From an uncultured virus (IMG/VR IMGVR_UViG_3300042363_000729) (lineage: Duplodnaviria; Heunggongvirae; Uroviricota; Caudoviricetes), in IMG/VR virus record IMGVR_UViG_3300042363_000729, positions 62,001-122,889 of that record: a stretch of DNA of 60,889 bases, one strand, 5' to 3'. The stretch's first letter is position 1. Every line of letters begins with the position of its first letter. A program made the position numbers and the translations under genes. Under the pieces are notes generated by a model. That model made no database searches. It saw only the letters and a program-made list of their open reading frames with translations, and was not told the origin of the DNA. This document shows, in pieces, positions 1 through 8,812 of this stretch.

Positions 1-1
1 A

Positions 2-1399
2 GTTAATGCCAACGGTGAATCAGTGTTTGATCCTGAAAATGTTGAGCCTAATTCAGATCCGTTTGAGCAAGCAAGATTTGAAGCAGAACTTGCGGCTGAG
101 GTGCCTGTTGAAGACATTGTGTTAACTCCAGACGAACAAGCAGCCGCGGATGATCCGTTTGAACAACGTCGTCTTGAACTTGAGCAAGAAGCAAATCGTG
201 AAGAGTTGGCCATGGAAGCCACAGATGTTGAGCCCGGGCTGTTTACAGGCCAGACTGATGAGTTTGGCGGTGTAGATGAAGCAGTGGCTATAGAACAAGC
301 TGACATTGACACACGCAATGATCCTGCGTTGTCTGAAGAAGAAATTCAAGCTGAACTTGATCGAGCTGTTGAAAACAATGATGCCGAAGACGTTGAACCC
401 AGTCCAATTGATGTAGATGCTGAAATAGAAAGAGCCGCAGCCGAAGGTGCTGAACAATATGAAGCCACAGACGTTAATTCAAGTGATGACGAAGGATTGC
501 CAAAAGAAGGTGGTGGAGATCTTGCTAATGAACGTGATGATGCTGCCGCAGTTGATGCCGCATCTCAAAATGCCACAGTGGCCAAGGCCAAAGAACAAGC
601 AACACTGCAAGCAAGATACAAACAGCCAGGCGTGACAGATTGGCGTGTGCGTTTGGTCTTGGCCGAGAACAGCGATTATCTTTACAATTCAGACGATGCT
701 GACATTTTAAAACCTTTGAAAGGCAGTAACGGGGTGATATTCCCTTACACTCCAAACATCACCACGTCATACACGGCCAATTATGAGCAATACAATCTCA
801 TACACTCAAACTATCGTGGCTTGTTCTACAAGAACAGTAACGTGGGTGATGTACAAATTCGCGGAACGTTCACAGCACAAGACACACAAGAAGCACAGTA
901 CCTGTTGTCAGTAATACACTTTTTTAGATCAGTTACCAAAATGTTCTATGGCAAAGATGCACAACGTGGTACGCCACCACCCTTGGTATATCTAGTGGGC
1001 TACGGTGATTGGCAGTTCTCTGGACATCCTTGTGTGGTAGGATCTTTTAATTACAATTTGCCCAATGAAGTGGACTACATACGTGCCAGCAGTCCCAACA
1101 ATTACGGAACCAGTTTGTTTAATCGCAGAACTCCAGTGGCATCCAATTCAGGTGGCACAAACTACAGCGGAGCCATTAGATTGGCCAATGCACTGTTGCC
1201 ACAAGGCGCACTACCACAAGTACCATCGCCAGGGCCTTTACCACAAGCAGTTTCCAACACTAATAGAGCATCATACGTACCAACCAAAATGGAAATTGAC
1301 ATCACATTGATACCAGTGCAAACACGCGAACAAGTTAGCAAGCAGTTTAGCCTCAAGGCATTTGCCAATGGTAATCTGCTCAAAGGAGGTTATTGGTAA
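2..1399 (+). CDS. Baseplate/tail-tube initiator-like protein (T4 gp48/gp54 or CIS tube-like) with long acidic N-terminus; probably 5'-truncated
   Basis: The frame is open from base 2 (VNANGES-VFDP), upstream of the GTG at 23. The C-terminal half has FPYTPNI...GTFTAQ...GTPPPLVYLVGYG...PCVVGSFNY, typical of tube-initiator proteins. It lies directly before a gp53-like gene. Confidence 0.6.
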   Translation, partial: VNANGESVFDPENVEPNSDPFEQARFEAELAAEVPVEDIVLTPDEQAAADDPFEQRRLELEQEANREELAMEATDVEPGLFTGQTDEFGGVDEAVAIEQADIDTRNDPALSEEEIQAELDRAVENNDAEDVEPSPIDVDAEIERAAAEGAEQYEATDVNSSDDEGLPKEGGGDLANERDDAAAVDAASQNATVAKAKEQATLQARYKQPGVTDWRVRLVLAENSDYLYNSDDADILKPLKGSNGVIFPYTPNITTSYTANYEQYNLIHSNYRGLFYKNSNVGDVQIRGTFTAQDTQEAQYLLSVIHFFRSVTKMFYGKDAQRGTPPPLVYLVGYGDWQFSGHPCVVGSFNYNLPNEVDYIRASSPNNYGTSLFNRRTPVASNSGGTNYSGAIRLANALLPQGALPQVPSPGPLPQAVSNTNRASYVPTKMEIDITLIPVQTREQVSKQFSLKAFANGNLLKGGYW

Positions 1400-1698
1400 T
1401 GGCTGAATACTCATCAACCAGTCCCTATTATCAAACGGGCTACAGTCAATTCTTTTTAGATGTCATGGTCAATAGACCCATACCCAAAGAAGATGATGAC
1501 CTAACATTTACTATCAACCAAACTTATCAGTACAGACCTGATATGTTGGCTTATGACCTGTATCAAACTTCCACGTTGTGGTGGGTGTTTTATCAACGCA
1601 ATCCCAACACACTGCAAGCACCGCCCTTGGACTTTACTGTGGGCAAAATAATTTATTTGCCAAAAATTTCAACGCTGAAAACAGCACTGGGATTCTAA
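1399..1698 (+). CDS. Baseplate wedge protein, T4 gp53-like (LysM-like)
   Basis: Motif YRPDMLAYDLYQTSTLWWVFYQRN...GKIIYLP. ATG at 1399 overlaps the upstream TAA, with SD AAGGAGG at 1383-1389. Confidence 0.8.
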   Translation: MAEYSSTSPYYQTGYSQFFLDVMVNRPIPKEDDDLTFTINQTYQYRPDMLAYDLYQTSTLWWVFYQRNPNTLQAPPLDFTVGKIIYLPKISTLKTALGF

Positions 1699-1701
1699 CA
1701 C

Positions 1702-4700
1702 ATGGCTAGAACTGTTGCAGAAATAGAAGCAGAAATTGCCAAGCTTCAGGCAGAATTTGATGCGGTGCAAGCAGCCGCAAGAGCTTCTGGTGATATTAAT
1801 AGTCCTCTTCTAAACACAAGAGAACAATTAAGAGCTCAAATAGCTCAACTTCGACGTGAGTTAAGAACCGCAGTTGCACAAGAAAATGGCACACAACCTC
1901 AACCTCCTGCCACTGCCAGCCAAACTGCACAAGACGATGGTAGTCAAGGTCCTAACAAACCCGCCGCACAACAAATTGACACCAGCGGCAGAGTAGTTAC
2001 ACCACCTGATACAACTGCCCCAACCAATGCTGAAAAACCCACAACCACAGACGCTGGTGGTGGTGACACTGGCACCCAAGAGCGCACTCGTACTCTGTCA
2101 GAAACACAGGCCACAGGTCCAACAACTCCAGGTCCTATTTCAGAACCACCACCCGCTGTCACAGCCAACAGCCCCGCAGGTGCGGCTGGAGAACAAGCAA
2201 GAATTTCTGCAGACTCGCCAACCCTGGCCACTGCCCCTGGCGTTGGCGCAGCCAATGATGATGCTGCCAAAAACTCTGCAGAATCTGCACAGGTAGACGT
2301 TAATGCTACCAACACCACAACTGTCTATGTCAAGCCCAGAACAAATACACTAGATAAGTTTTTCAGCTACACTTATTCAGTGTCAGTGTATATGCTTACG
2401 GTCAAACAATATCAGTCCTTGATGTACAGCAAAAACAAAAAGATTGACGGATATTATCTTTTGTTTCAAAGCGGCGGCGCAGCCAACAACGTGGGGGGTG
2501 TGCGCAACCTTGACGGCTTTGCGCCCAGTAACACACAATATGGTGCATTTGGTGAAGAGCCCACAGCCAGCCCACCGCCAGCAGATGGTGGCCGCAACCC
2601 ATTTTTTCCGCTAGACTACTACATTGACAGTGTGACATTGGACACTAGCCCCTTGGGCAGGGCCACTGGTGCCAGTCACATGACTGCTAGTTTAAAATTT
2701 ACTGTGCAAGAAACAATGGGTATTACCTTGATTGATAATCTCAATCAAGCCGCAAGAAATATCAGTGCCGTTGACGAAGGCACAGGCCAGCCCAACTATA
2801 CCAATACTGATTATCTCATGATCATACGTTTTTATGGCTATGATCAAAATGGCAAGCAAGTAGAAATACGTGGCGGCGTTAACAACACCTTGATTGAAAA
2901 ATACATTCCCTTCAAGGTCAACGCAATCAACTGGAGTGTGGGGTCAAAGTTGATTAGCTATGACTGGGACTGCACACCACAAGGTCAACAAATTGGCGGG
3001 TTCACTGCTCGTGGCGCAGTGCCATATGATGTGCAGTTGGTAGACAGCACTGTAGAAGGATTACTAGCAGGAAGTTTAACTTTTGCTGGGGGAGCAACGC
3101 AAGCAGCCAATCCTGGAGCATCAACCACAGCCAATGCCAATGGTGCATTCCGCGGTCAAAGATCTGACGTACCAGCTACAGCCTCAACACAGGCACCACA
3201 AAAAGCCATTGCGGCACCAACGTCAAAAACCACAATAACCAGAGGCTTGATGGATGCCATGAACAAGTTTCAAGATGACCTAGTATCACAAGGCATCTAC
3301 AAAATTCCTGACAGGTATTCAATTGAATTTATTGGCACCGACAAAACATCAAGGGCAGACATTGCTGATGCCAAGTTACAGTTGCCAGCTACCAAGGTAG
3401 ACAAAGCAAAAACGGCAGGCGGGAAAACAGCAACACAGGATACCAGCAGCCTCAAGCCAGAAACAAACGCAGTTGACATGATCAGTCGTAGTTTTAGTAT
3501 CACAGCTGGCCAGATGCTAACACAGGCAATTGAACTTGTGATTCGCAACAGCAATTACATTACTGATCAAGCCATTGTGGTTTTGCAACCAGACGGAACA
3601 TATTTGCCAAACCCCCAGGCCAAGGATGAAGTATCTTGGTTTACCATCATGATGAGTGCTACTGAGCGCCCTGGCGGTATTGACACACAGCGCAATGACT
3701 ATGCCTATGACATTAGGTACACTGTGGCTCCATACATTGTGAAAAATGTGGCCAGTCAGTACTTTCCGGTTAGCACTTTTTCTGGAATACACAAAAGCTA
3801 CCCCTATTGGTTTACCGGACAAAATACTGCGGTGCTGGAATATCAAGAACAGCTCAACGCATTGTACAGCCTTACAGTGAGTGGTGACAATCCCAAATAC
3901 AGTGCTCTAGCAGAAGAACGCAAAAACTTCTCATCCAGCATGAGAGATATTGTAAAATACAACTATGCTCCGCGCAGTACAGAAAGCAGTTCAGGCGCCG
4001 ACGGCAAGAGTAATGAGATTGGTGCCAACTTGACAGAAGACCTTATGAGTCCAGGAGATCTTGCCAATTGCAAAATCAAGATTATTGGCGACCCAGACTG
4101 GATTCAGCAAGGCAGTTTGTTTCAACCAGTCACACCAGGCTCATACAATGTTGAGGCCACCACTGGCTGGAATGAAGATGGCAGTATTGGGTTTGATTGT
4201 GGTGATGTGTTGTTTGAAATTGTGTGGCAACGCCCTGAGGATTATGATCTGGCCACTGGCCTTGCAGACCCCTATGCCGTGACACAGAAAAAATACGGCA
4301 ATCGCGAGCCCATACAAAGCCGTGTGTATATCTGTACCAAGGTCATTAGCGAATTTAGGCAAGGCAAGTTTGAACAAACAGTTGAAGGCACCCTATATAG
4401 ATATCCCAAACCTGATGGCACCAATGCCATTGCTCCTGTACAGGACAACAAAACCAGCGAGCGTGGCCAGGCCAGCACCGCAGGTGCGAGCGGGACACCA
4501 GATGAGTCTAGCGCAGAAACTGCAAGACTCAAGGCACAAAGCAAGCGTCTAAAAAGCGCGGCTGAAACACCAAAGCCAACGTCAACAACTGGAACAACAC
4601 CTACATCGTCAACGGCCCAAGGTGTTCAACAACTACTGAACCCACCTACTACCTTGGCTAATCCAACGCTGACTCAGTTGCAATCTAGCCCAGTATATAA

Positions 4701-4956
4701 TGCGGCAAGACGCAGTGGGCAAACACCACAAGCATCCTTAGATGCGGCCAGACAGGCATTTGCTGCCACTGCTGGCGGAAGTCCGGTAACTAGTAATGGG
4801 CAGGCAGTGTCCACGTCACAGGTAGGCGGGCCACCCAAACTTGGAGGGGGAGGTGCAGGATTGTCAGCAGATCAGGCTAGACAAGCACAGAATATTCCGC
4901 AGAATCCCACAAACAGCACTAACCCAAGCGAACAAACTATGGCAAGAACTACTTAA
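1702..4956 (+). CDS. Putative baseplate hub protein (gp27/gpD-like), 1084 aa, low-complexity termini
   Basis: Lies between gp53-like and gp5-like genes. The C-terminal IKIIGDPDW...VISEFRQGKFEQTVEG pattern is seen in hub-like proteins. Confidence 0.5.
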   Translation: MARTVAEIEAEIAKLQAEFDAVQAAARASGDINSPLLNTREQLRAQIAQLRRELRTAVAQENGTQPQPPATASQTAQDDGSQGPNKPAAQQIDTSGRVVTPPDTTAPTNAEKPTTTDAGGGDTGTQERTRTLSETQATGPTTPGPISEPPPAVTANSPAGAAGEQARISADSPTLATAPGVGAANDDAAKNSAESAQVDVNATNTTTVYVKPRTNTLDKFFSYTYSVSVYMLTVKQYQSLMYSKNKKIDGYYLLFQSGGAANNVGGVRNLDGFAPSNTQYGAFGEEPTASPPPADGGRNPFFPLDYYIDSVTLDTSPLGRATGASHMTASLKFTVQETMGITLIDNLNQAARNISAVDEGTGQPNYTNTDYLMIIRFYGYDQNGKQVEIRGGVNNTLIEKYIPFKVNAINWSVGSKLISYDWDCTPQGQQIGGFTARGAVPYDVQLVDSTVEGLLAGSLTFAGGATQAANPGASTTANANGAFRGQRSDVPATASTQAPQKAIAAPTSKTTITRGLMDAMNKFQDDLVSQGIYKIPDRYSIEFIGTDKTSRADIADAKLQLPATKVDKAKTAGGKTATQDTSSLKPETNAVDMISRSFSITAGQMLTQAIELVIRNSNYITDQAIVVLQPDGTYLPNPQAKDEVSWFTIMMSATERPGGIDTQRNDYAYDIRYTVAPYIVKNVASQYFPVSTFSGIHKSYPYWFTGQNTAVLEYQEQLNALYSLTVSGDNPKYSALAEERKNFSSSMRDIVKYNYAPRSTESSSGADGKSNEIGANLTEDLMSPGDLANCKIKIIGDPDWIQQGSLFQPVTPGSYNVEATTGWNEDGSIGFDCGDVLFEIVWQRPEDYDLATGLADPYAVTQKKYGNREPIQSRVYICTKVISEFRQGKFEQTVEGTLYRYPKPDGTNAIAPVQDNKTSERGQASTAGASGTPDESSAETARLKAQSKRLKSAAETPKPTSTTGTTPTSSTAQGVQQLLNPPTTLANPTLTQLQSSPVYNAARRSGQTPQASLDAARQAFAATAGGSPVTSNGQAVSTSQVGGPPKLGGGGAGLSADQARQAQNIPQNPTNSTNPSEQTMARTT

Positions 4957-4965
4957 GGAAAATAA

Positions 4966-6483
4966 ATGGCAGAAAGTTATCAACGCAGTCGAGGAAGAGC
5001 ACAGAACTACAAGCTAGATCGTGGTGGTGTTCCCGCAGAGTTTGGGCCATTTACTGGTGTTGTAATGAGCACTGTGGATCCCACACGCAGTGGTCGCCTT
5101 CGTGTGTTTATTGAAGCCTTTGTTGATGGTGGCCCAGAAGCCATGGAAGATGAATCAAAATGGACCACGGTCAGCTACATGCCATCCTTTTATGGCAACA
5201 CGCCCATGACCGAAACTGAAGGAGCAACCAGCACGTATGGAACCTATCCAGGCAACTCCAACAGCTATGGCATGTGGTTTACCCCGCCAGATATTGGAAT
5301 CACAGTAATTTGTATCTTTGTCAACGGGGATAGATCGCAAGGATTTTACATTGGTGCAATTCCTGAACAGGGTCTGGGCAACATGATTCCGGCCATTGCT
5401 GCCAGCACCAAATATGAAGTTGGCAACGCAAATCAAAAAGAATATTTTGCCAAGGCCACAAGACTACCAGTAAGCGAAATCAACCTCAACAACATTGAAC
5501 TCTTTAATGATCCTAGATTTTTTGATGCAATAAAACCAGTGCATGGTTATCTAGCTCAGGCATTATTTCAGCAAGGCTTGATTGAAGATCTAGAGCGCGG
5601 CACCATAAGATCCAGCAGTCAACGCGAAACCCCATCAGCAGTGTTTGGCGTTTCAACCCCAGGCATACCAATCTATCAAGGCGGCATGAGCCCCAATGAC
5701 ATTAGAACCAAACTTGACGCCGGCGAAATCAAGCCCAGTCAGGCCAAAGTGATTGGTCGCGTGGGTGGCCACAGTCTAGTCATGGACGATGGCGACCTAG
5801 ATGGCGACAATGCTCTGTTTAGATTGCGCACAAGTCTGGGCCATCAAATCACCATGAGTGATACTGGTAACTTCTTTTACATTGTGCATGCTAATGGGCA
5901 AGCATGGTTGGAGTTTGGGGTAGAAGGCACAGTAGATGTGTACGCCACAAACTCAGTAAACATTCGCACCAAGGGCGACATTAATTTTCATGCAGACCGA
6001 GATATTAATATGTTTGCTGGGCGCAATGTCAATACCAAGTCTGTGGAAAATACACACATTGAAGCCATGAAGGACATGACAATCACCAGTCAAGGTGCTT
6101 GGACAGCCTACAGCAAATCAACCATTGGAGTCAAAGCCGACGGCACACTGACATTAAACAGTGCTGGCGGTTCATGGGGTGCTGGCCCCAGTTTGGTCTT
6201 GCAAGCTGGCGGCATTGATCTTAACGGCCCCAGTGCTGATCAAATTGAAACGCCCAATCCTCTAACAAAAACACTGCTGGACGAAACAGAGTTTGATACC
6301 AGCAAAGGATGGATTGTGGTTCCTGAAGGGATTGAAAGTATAGTAACTCGTGCGCCCACACACGAACCATACCCGTATCACAACAAAGGTGTTGATGTCA
6401 AAATTCAATTTGAGGAAGGACAACCCAGTCCGCCTCCAGGCGCAGTGCCTGTTCCCCCAGGCGTGGAAATAGTGGCCAAATAA
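4966..6483 (+). CDS. Baseplate central spike, gp5/VgrG-like (OB-fold plus beta-helix)
   Basis: OB-fold signature GVVMSTVDPTRSGRLRV...YGMWFTPPDIGITVICIFVNGD, then GHSLVMDD / GHQITMSD and beta-helix-like repeats. Confidence 0.85.
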   Translation: MAESYQRSRGRAQNYKLDRGGVPAEFGPFTGVVMSTVDPTRSGRLRVFIEAFVDGGPEAMEDESKWTTVSYMPSFYGNTPMTETEGATSTYGTYPGNSNSYGMWFTPPDIGITVICIFVNGDRSQGFYIGAIPEQGLGNMIPAIAASTKYEVGNANQKEYFAKATRLPVSEINLNNIELFNDPRFFDAIKPVHGYLAQALFQQGLIEDLERGTIRSSSQRETPSAVFGVSTPGIPIYQGGMSPNDIRTKLDAGEIKPSQAKVIGRVGGHSLVMDDGDLDGDNALFRLRTSLGHQITMSDTGNFFYIVHANGQAWLEFGVEGTVDVYATNSVNIRTKGDINFHADRDINMFAGRNVNTKSVENTHIEAMKDMTITSQGAWTAYSKSTIGVKADGTLTLNSAGGSWGAGPSLVLQAGGIDLNGPSADQIETPNPLTKTLLDETEFDTSKGWIVVPEGIESIVTRAPTHEPYPYHNKGVDVKIQFEEGQPSPPPGAVPVPPGVEIVAK

Positions 6484-6484
6484 C

Positions 6485-8368
6485 ATGAGCAGTTTTACAT
6501 TTAATCTTGACAGTTTGAAATCCAGCGTTGGCTCAGGAACTGCCAGTGTTGAAAGTGGCCTTTATTCCAAAACAAAAGATGAAGACTTGATCTACAAAGG
6601 AGCAGATACCATTGTATGGGATCGCTCCAATGCTGAACGACTACGCAGAGGACTTCCAAGTTTAACTGATATTGGATATCCAAGACCTCCTGAAGACACG
6701 CCTGCAGAAACTGCACCAGCCACAGCGGCTGACGGCTCTGCAAAAACATTTGAAATAAAAGGCCCTCCAGGAATGACTCGAGAGCAGGCCCTGGAAATTT
6801 TTAAAAAACAAGCTGGCACAGGTGGCCTAGTAGGATTTAAATCTGGCGACGTACTCAGTGCCGCAACACAGTCTGCTGATGGACTAGAGTCAGCTCAGGC
6901 ATCGTTACAACAATCTTTAGCTGGAGTTGGTGGCAGTTTAGGCGGCGGCCTAGGCGGCATCAACGTTGGGCAAGTACAAAGCGGTATTGCACAAGCAGGT
7001 GGTGCTCTGGGAGGATCACTGGCAGGAATTGCTCCAGGACTGACTGCCTTGGTAGGTCCCGCAGTGAGTTCAATTGCTGGCGGCGCAGGCGGAATAGTAA
7101 ACAGCGCAAAAGCACTGGCCGGCGGCAGCATAGTATCTGAACTAGCCGGGCTCAGTAGTGGCATTGGCAAAGCACTAACTGGTGGCGCTGGAATGGTAGG
7201 ATCTATTGCAGCCACTTCTATCAGCACAATCAACAAAGTAATAACCTCAGTACCAGTAACCAACCCCATCAACGTTGCAAATTTTGCCACAGCTACCACA
7301 GCACTTGGTCCCATTGGATCAATGAATACCAGCCAAGTCACTGCCACTTTGGCTCAGGCCAGCAAACTAACTGGACAAGCATTTAGTTCTGTTAGTGCCA
7401 CAGGTGCAGGCGGGTTTGGTCTAGACGTAAGTCAATTGGAAACATCAGGATTTGTCAAGCCAGGAACCAGTAACTTTATATCAGACGCTTCTGCATCAGT
7501 CAACAGTGTGTTAAAATCGCCATCTGTGTGGACTGGAAAAGAAGGTGTTGGTAGTTTGTCAAGTCTGCTGAGTAACCCTGGCGCACAGAGTAAAATTCAA
7601 CAGGACTTGATGGCCAAAGGTGTTGCTGGCCTAGGCGCAGTGGGTGTTCCAGTTGGGGCTCTTTCAGCACAGGGTCTGGCTGGAATGAGTCTCAACGCCG
7701 CAAAGAGCTTGCCCGGCGCAGAAGCGTTTGCCAAAGGATTACCAATTCCAGGTGACGTTAGTGGTGCAATCAAAGCTGGGTTTGATACCAATGTACGTGA
7801 CGCGGCATTTGCAGTAAATTTAGCTGACGTCAAAGTACCTGAACCATTCAAAGCTATTGATATTCCAATACCCAAAAACAACACAGTGTCAAGAGCCACT
7901 GTGGATGCGGCTTCTAGTCGCATTGCAGGCAATGAAAAAATACCCACACCTAACTATGGACCGCCTGCTCCAGCTGACGAATCTGTAGCAGTACAACAGC
8001 TCAAGGAACTACAGGCTTTGTTGATTGAAATTGTCAATGACTTAAACAAACGACTGAAAGAAATATATACTACTGAGGATCAAGTCAAGGCCTTGCAAAA
8101 TCAACAGCAAATTACTTCTAATGAATGGAGTGCAGTAAACTCTGAATATCAAACCGGCAGAAATTACTACAACGACACTGTGGTACCAAAACTGGCTAAC
8201 TTTACAGAGGTGTACAATCGTGCCGAAAACAATGTGAGAGTGATACTCAGCGGAGATTACAAAACCCTGGAAAAATTTCTTACGCTCGGTGTAACCCGCA
8301 GTCGAGCAGTGAGGGAACAGCTGATGTCCCTGCAATATAAAATAGCAGGCTACGGTCCTGAAACGTAA
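6485..8368 (+). CDS. Gly/Ala/Ser-rich virion-associated protein with a degenerate lysozyme-like segment and C-terminal coiled coil
   Basis: 627-aa ORF starting 1 nt after the gp5-like stop. Contains FGLDVSQLETSGFVKPG...WTGKEGV...LLSNPGAQ. Confidence 0.45.
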   Translation: MSSFTFNLDSLKSSVGSGTASVESGLYSKTKDEDLIYKGADTIVWDRSNAERLRRGLPSLTDIGYPRPPEDTPAETAPATAADGSAKTFEIKGPPGMTREQALEIFKKQAGTGGLVGFKSGDVLSAATQSADGLESAQASLQQSLAGVGGSLGGGLGGINVGQVQSGIAQAGGALGGSLAGIAPGLTALVGPAVSSIAGGAGGIVNSAKALAGGSIVSELAGLSSGIGKALTGGAGMVGSIAATSISTINKVITSVPVTNPINVANFATATTALGPIGSMNTSQVTATLAQASKLTGQAFSSVSATGAGGFGLDVSQLETSGFVKPGTSNFISDASASVNSVLKSPSVWTGKEGVGSLSSLLSNPGAQSKIQQDLMAKGVAGLGAVGVPVGALSAQGLAGMSLNAAKSLPGAEAFAKGLPIPGDVSGAIKAGFDTNVRDAAFAVNLADVKVPEPFKAIDIPIPKNNTVSRATVDAASSRIAGNEKIPTPNYGPPAPADESVAVQQLKELQALLIEIVNDLNKRLKEIYTTEDQVKALQNQQQITSNEWSAVNSEYQTGRNYYNDTVVPKLANFTEVYNRAENNVRVILSGDYKTLEKFLTLGVTRSRAVREQLMSLQYKIAGYGPET

Positions 8369-8377
8369 AAATACCCC

Positions 8378-8384
8378 ATAAATA
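8378..8384 (+). promoter_or_regulatory. T4-late-like promoter motif (ATAAATA)
   Basis: ATAAATA in a 20-nt intergenic gap, 4 nt before the ATG of the gp25-like gene. The T4 late consensus is TATAAATA. Confidence 0.6.
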
Positions 8385-8388
8385 CTGT

Positions 8389-8766
8389 ATGGCAAAGACA
8401 TTTATTGGTTTTAATACTCAAGGACAATACAAAAAATTTACCTTGACTGGGTTTGAGTTAATCAAACGCGATCTTCTCAACGCCTTTAACATACGGCAAG
8501 GGCAGTTGCCTGGCCGCCCAGAATACGGCACTATTCTCTGGGATTACTTGTTTGAAAATCAACTTGAAGAATTACAAAACAGTATCACTCGTGAAGTGCA
8601 ACGTGTGGCTGGCGGCGATCCTCGAATCTACATCAGTGACGTACAAACTTTCCCCCAGGAAAATGGCATTTTGATACAGGTTGAACTTGCTGTAATACCG
8701 TCTACTGATGCCGAGCGACTAAGTATTTTTTTCAACAACACAACTCGCACAGCCTCCTACGTATAA
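8389..8766 (+). CDS. Baseplate wedge subunit, T4 gp25-like
   Basis: 125 aa; LIKRDLLNAFNIRQGQLPGRPEYGTILWDYLFE...DPRI is the gp25/GPW signature. Confidence 0.9.
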   Translation: MAKTFIGFNTQGQYKKFTLTGFELIKRDLLNAFNIRQGQLPGRPEYGTILWDYLFENQLEELQNSITREVQRVAGGDPRIYISDVQTFPQENGILIQVELAVIPSTDAERLSIFFNNTTRTASYV

Positions 8767-8786
8767 CCTAGCCGTTTTTGATGCCG

Positions 8787-8793
8787 ATAAATA
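8787..8793 (+). promoter_or_regulatory. T4-late-like promoter motif (ATAAATA)
   Basis: Intergenic GATAAATA followed by SD-like GAGG, upstream of the gp6-like gene. Confidence 0.55.
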
Positions 8794-8812
8794 AAACATA
8801 GAGGCTCTAACA

